A stretch of DNA of 63,967 bases, the filler included, from Pirum gemmata (Eukaryota), in the NCBI GenBank assembly GCA_002812295.1. It is 24 parts of 24 records of this genome, joined end to end, with 100 filler letters (N's around TTAATTAATTAA, not from the genome) between each part and the next. Parts side by side here need not be neighbours in the genome. Positions count along the whole stretch, not along the records: positions 61,709 to 63,967 come from PDIN01006539.1; 23 more parts are not named here. One strand, given 5' to 3'. Below the pieces are notes generated by a model. It ran no database searches. It saw only the letters and a program-made list of their open reading frames with translations, and had not been told where the DNA came from. Positions 62,855 through 63,967 of this stretch are shown here, in pieces (position 1 is the stretch's first letter; the number at the start of each line of letters is the position of its first letter). Both the position numbers and the translations under genes were made by a program.

Positions 62855-63967
62855 ATACAATACAATACAATACAATACAATACAATACAATACAATACAA
62901 TACAATACAATACAATACAATACAATACAATACAATACAATACAATTCAATACAATACAATACAATGTTAAACTGAGCCAAAAGGAATCATCCTTTTTGA
63001 ACCCAGTTTATCTTGTACAATACAATATAATACAATATAATACATTATAACAATAACAATAACAATAACGATATAACAACAATAATTATATTAAAAATCT
63101 GAGCAATACTTTTAGACTATTCATTATTGGAGAGATTGCAAAAAAAGAAAACAATTACCGCATTGCTTATACTTATACTTATACTTATACAGTCTTATAC
63201 TTACACTTGCACTTACACTTACACTTATACTCATACTTGTACTTATACTTATACTTATATTTATACTTATACAGCAATTTTTATTCCATGATATCTATCA
63301 AAAAAAATGAAATAATATGTTAACAATAGTAATATGAATAACACTTAATAACAATAAAAATATACCAATAACAATAACAATAACAATATTAATAACAATA
63401 ACAATAACAATAAAAACAAAAACAACAATTAATTAATATCAATAACAATAACAATTAATAACAATGACAATGACAATAACAATAACAATAATAATAACAA
63501 TTAATAACAATAACAATAACAATTAATAACAATAACAATAACAATAACAATACCAATACCAATACCAATACCAATACCAATACCAATAACAATAACAATA
63601 ACAATAACAATATCAATAACAATAACAATATCAATAACTATAACAATAACAATAACAATATCAATAACAATATCAATAACTATATCAATAACAATAACAA
63701 TAGCAATTACAATATAACAATAACAATAACAATAACAATAACTATAACAATAACAATAACAATAACAATAACAATAACAATATCAATAACAATATCAATA
63801 ACTATATCAATAACAATAACAATAGCAATTACAATATAACAATAACAATATTAATTAATAACAATATTAATAACAATAACAATAACAATAACAATAACAA
63901 TAACAATAGCAATAGCAATATTATAACAAGAAAAATAACAATAACAACAACAATAACAATAACAATA
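62855..63967 (+). repeat. Simple repeats (TACAA)n, (CTTATA)n and (AATAAC)n
   Basis: Read directly from the sequence. Confidence 0.95.

Overview
This window is not a continuous chromosome region. It is about 24-27 unrelated contigs of mostly ~2.3-2.4 kb, joined by an artificial 100-bp linker (N44-TTAATTAATTAA-N44), so adjacency across linkers means nothing. The source is a very AT-rich, intron-rich eukaryote with the standard code, GT-AG introns, poly-Asn/poly-Gln proteins and TTAGGG-type repeats; I cannot name the taxon. Most ORFs in the supplied track are microsatellite artefacts, and the real genes are mostly spliced fragments that I assembled by hand. These are HMG-CoA reductase (3' exons), COP9 signalosome subunit 1 (first exons), RNase H1 (two exons), a tandem RGS-domain protein, a five-exon Cys-rich/beta-helix surface protein, a CHERP-like exon, a rhodanese-like exon, a small GPI-signal protein and several unknowns. 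Non-coding DNA is dense with non-autonomous DNA transposons (at least 8 MITE/foldback families), satellites and interstitial telomere-like repeats. The most interesting signals are: (1) telomere-like repeats inside most introns with splice-site-polarised orientation (G-strand after donors, CTAAC-containing C-strand before acceptors); (2) TA-N(1-6)-TA patches that look like accumulated transposon excision footprints; (3) a probable Zator-type transposase 3' end sharing its TIR with a 145-bp MITE, one copy of which sits next to its own empty site; (4) a 12-copy tandem array of an exon end plus 5' splice site. All calls come from reading the sequence by eye; no database searches were run.
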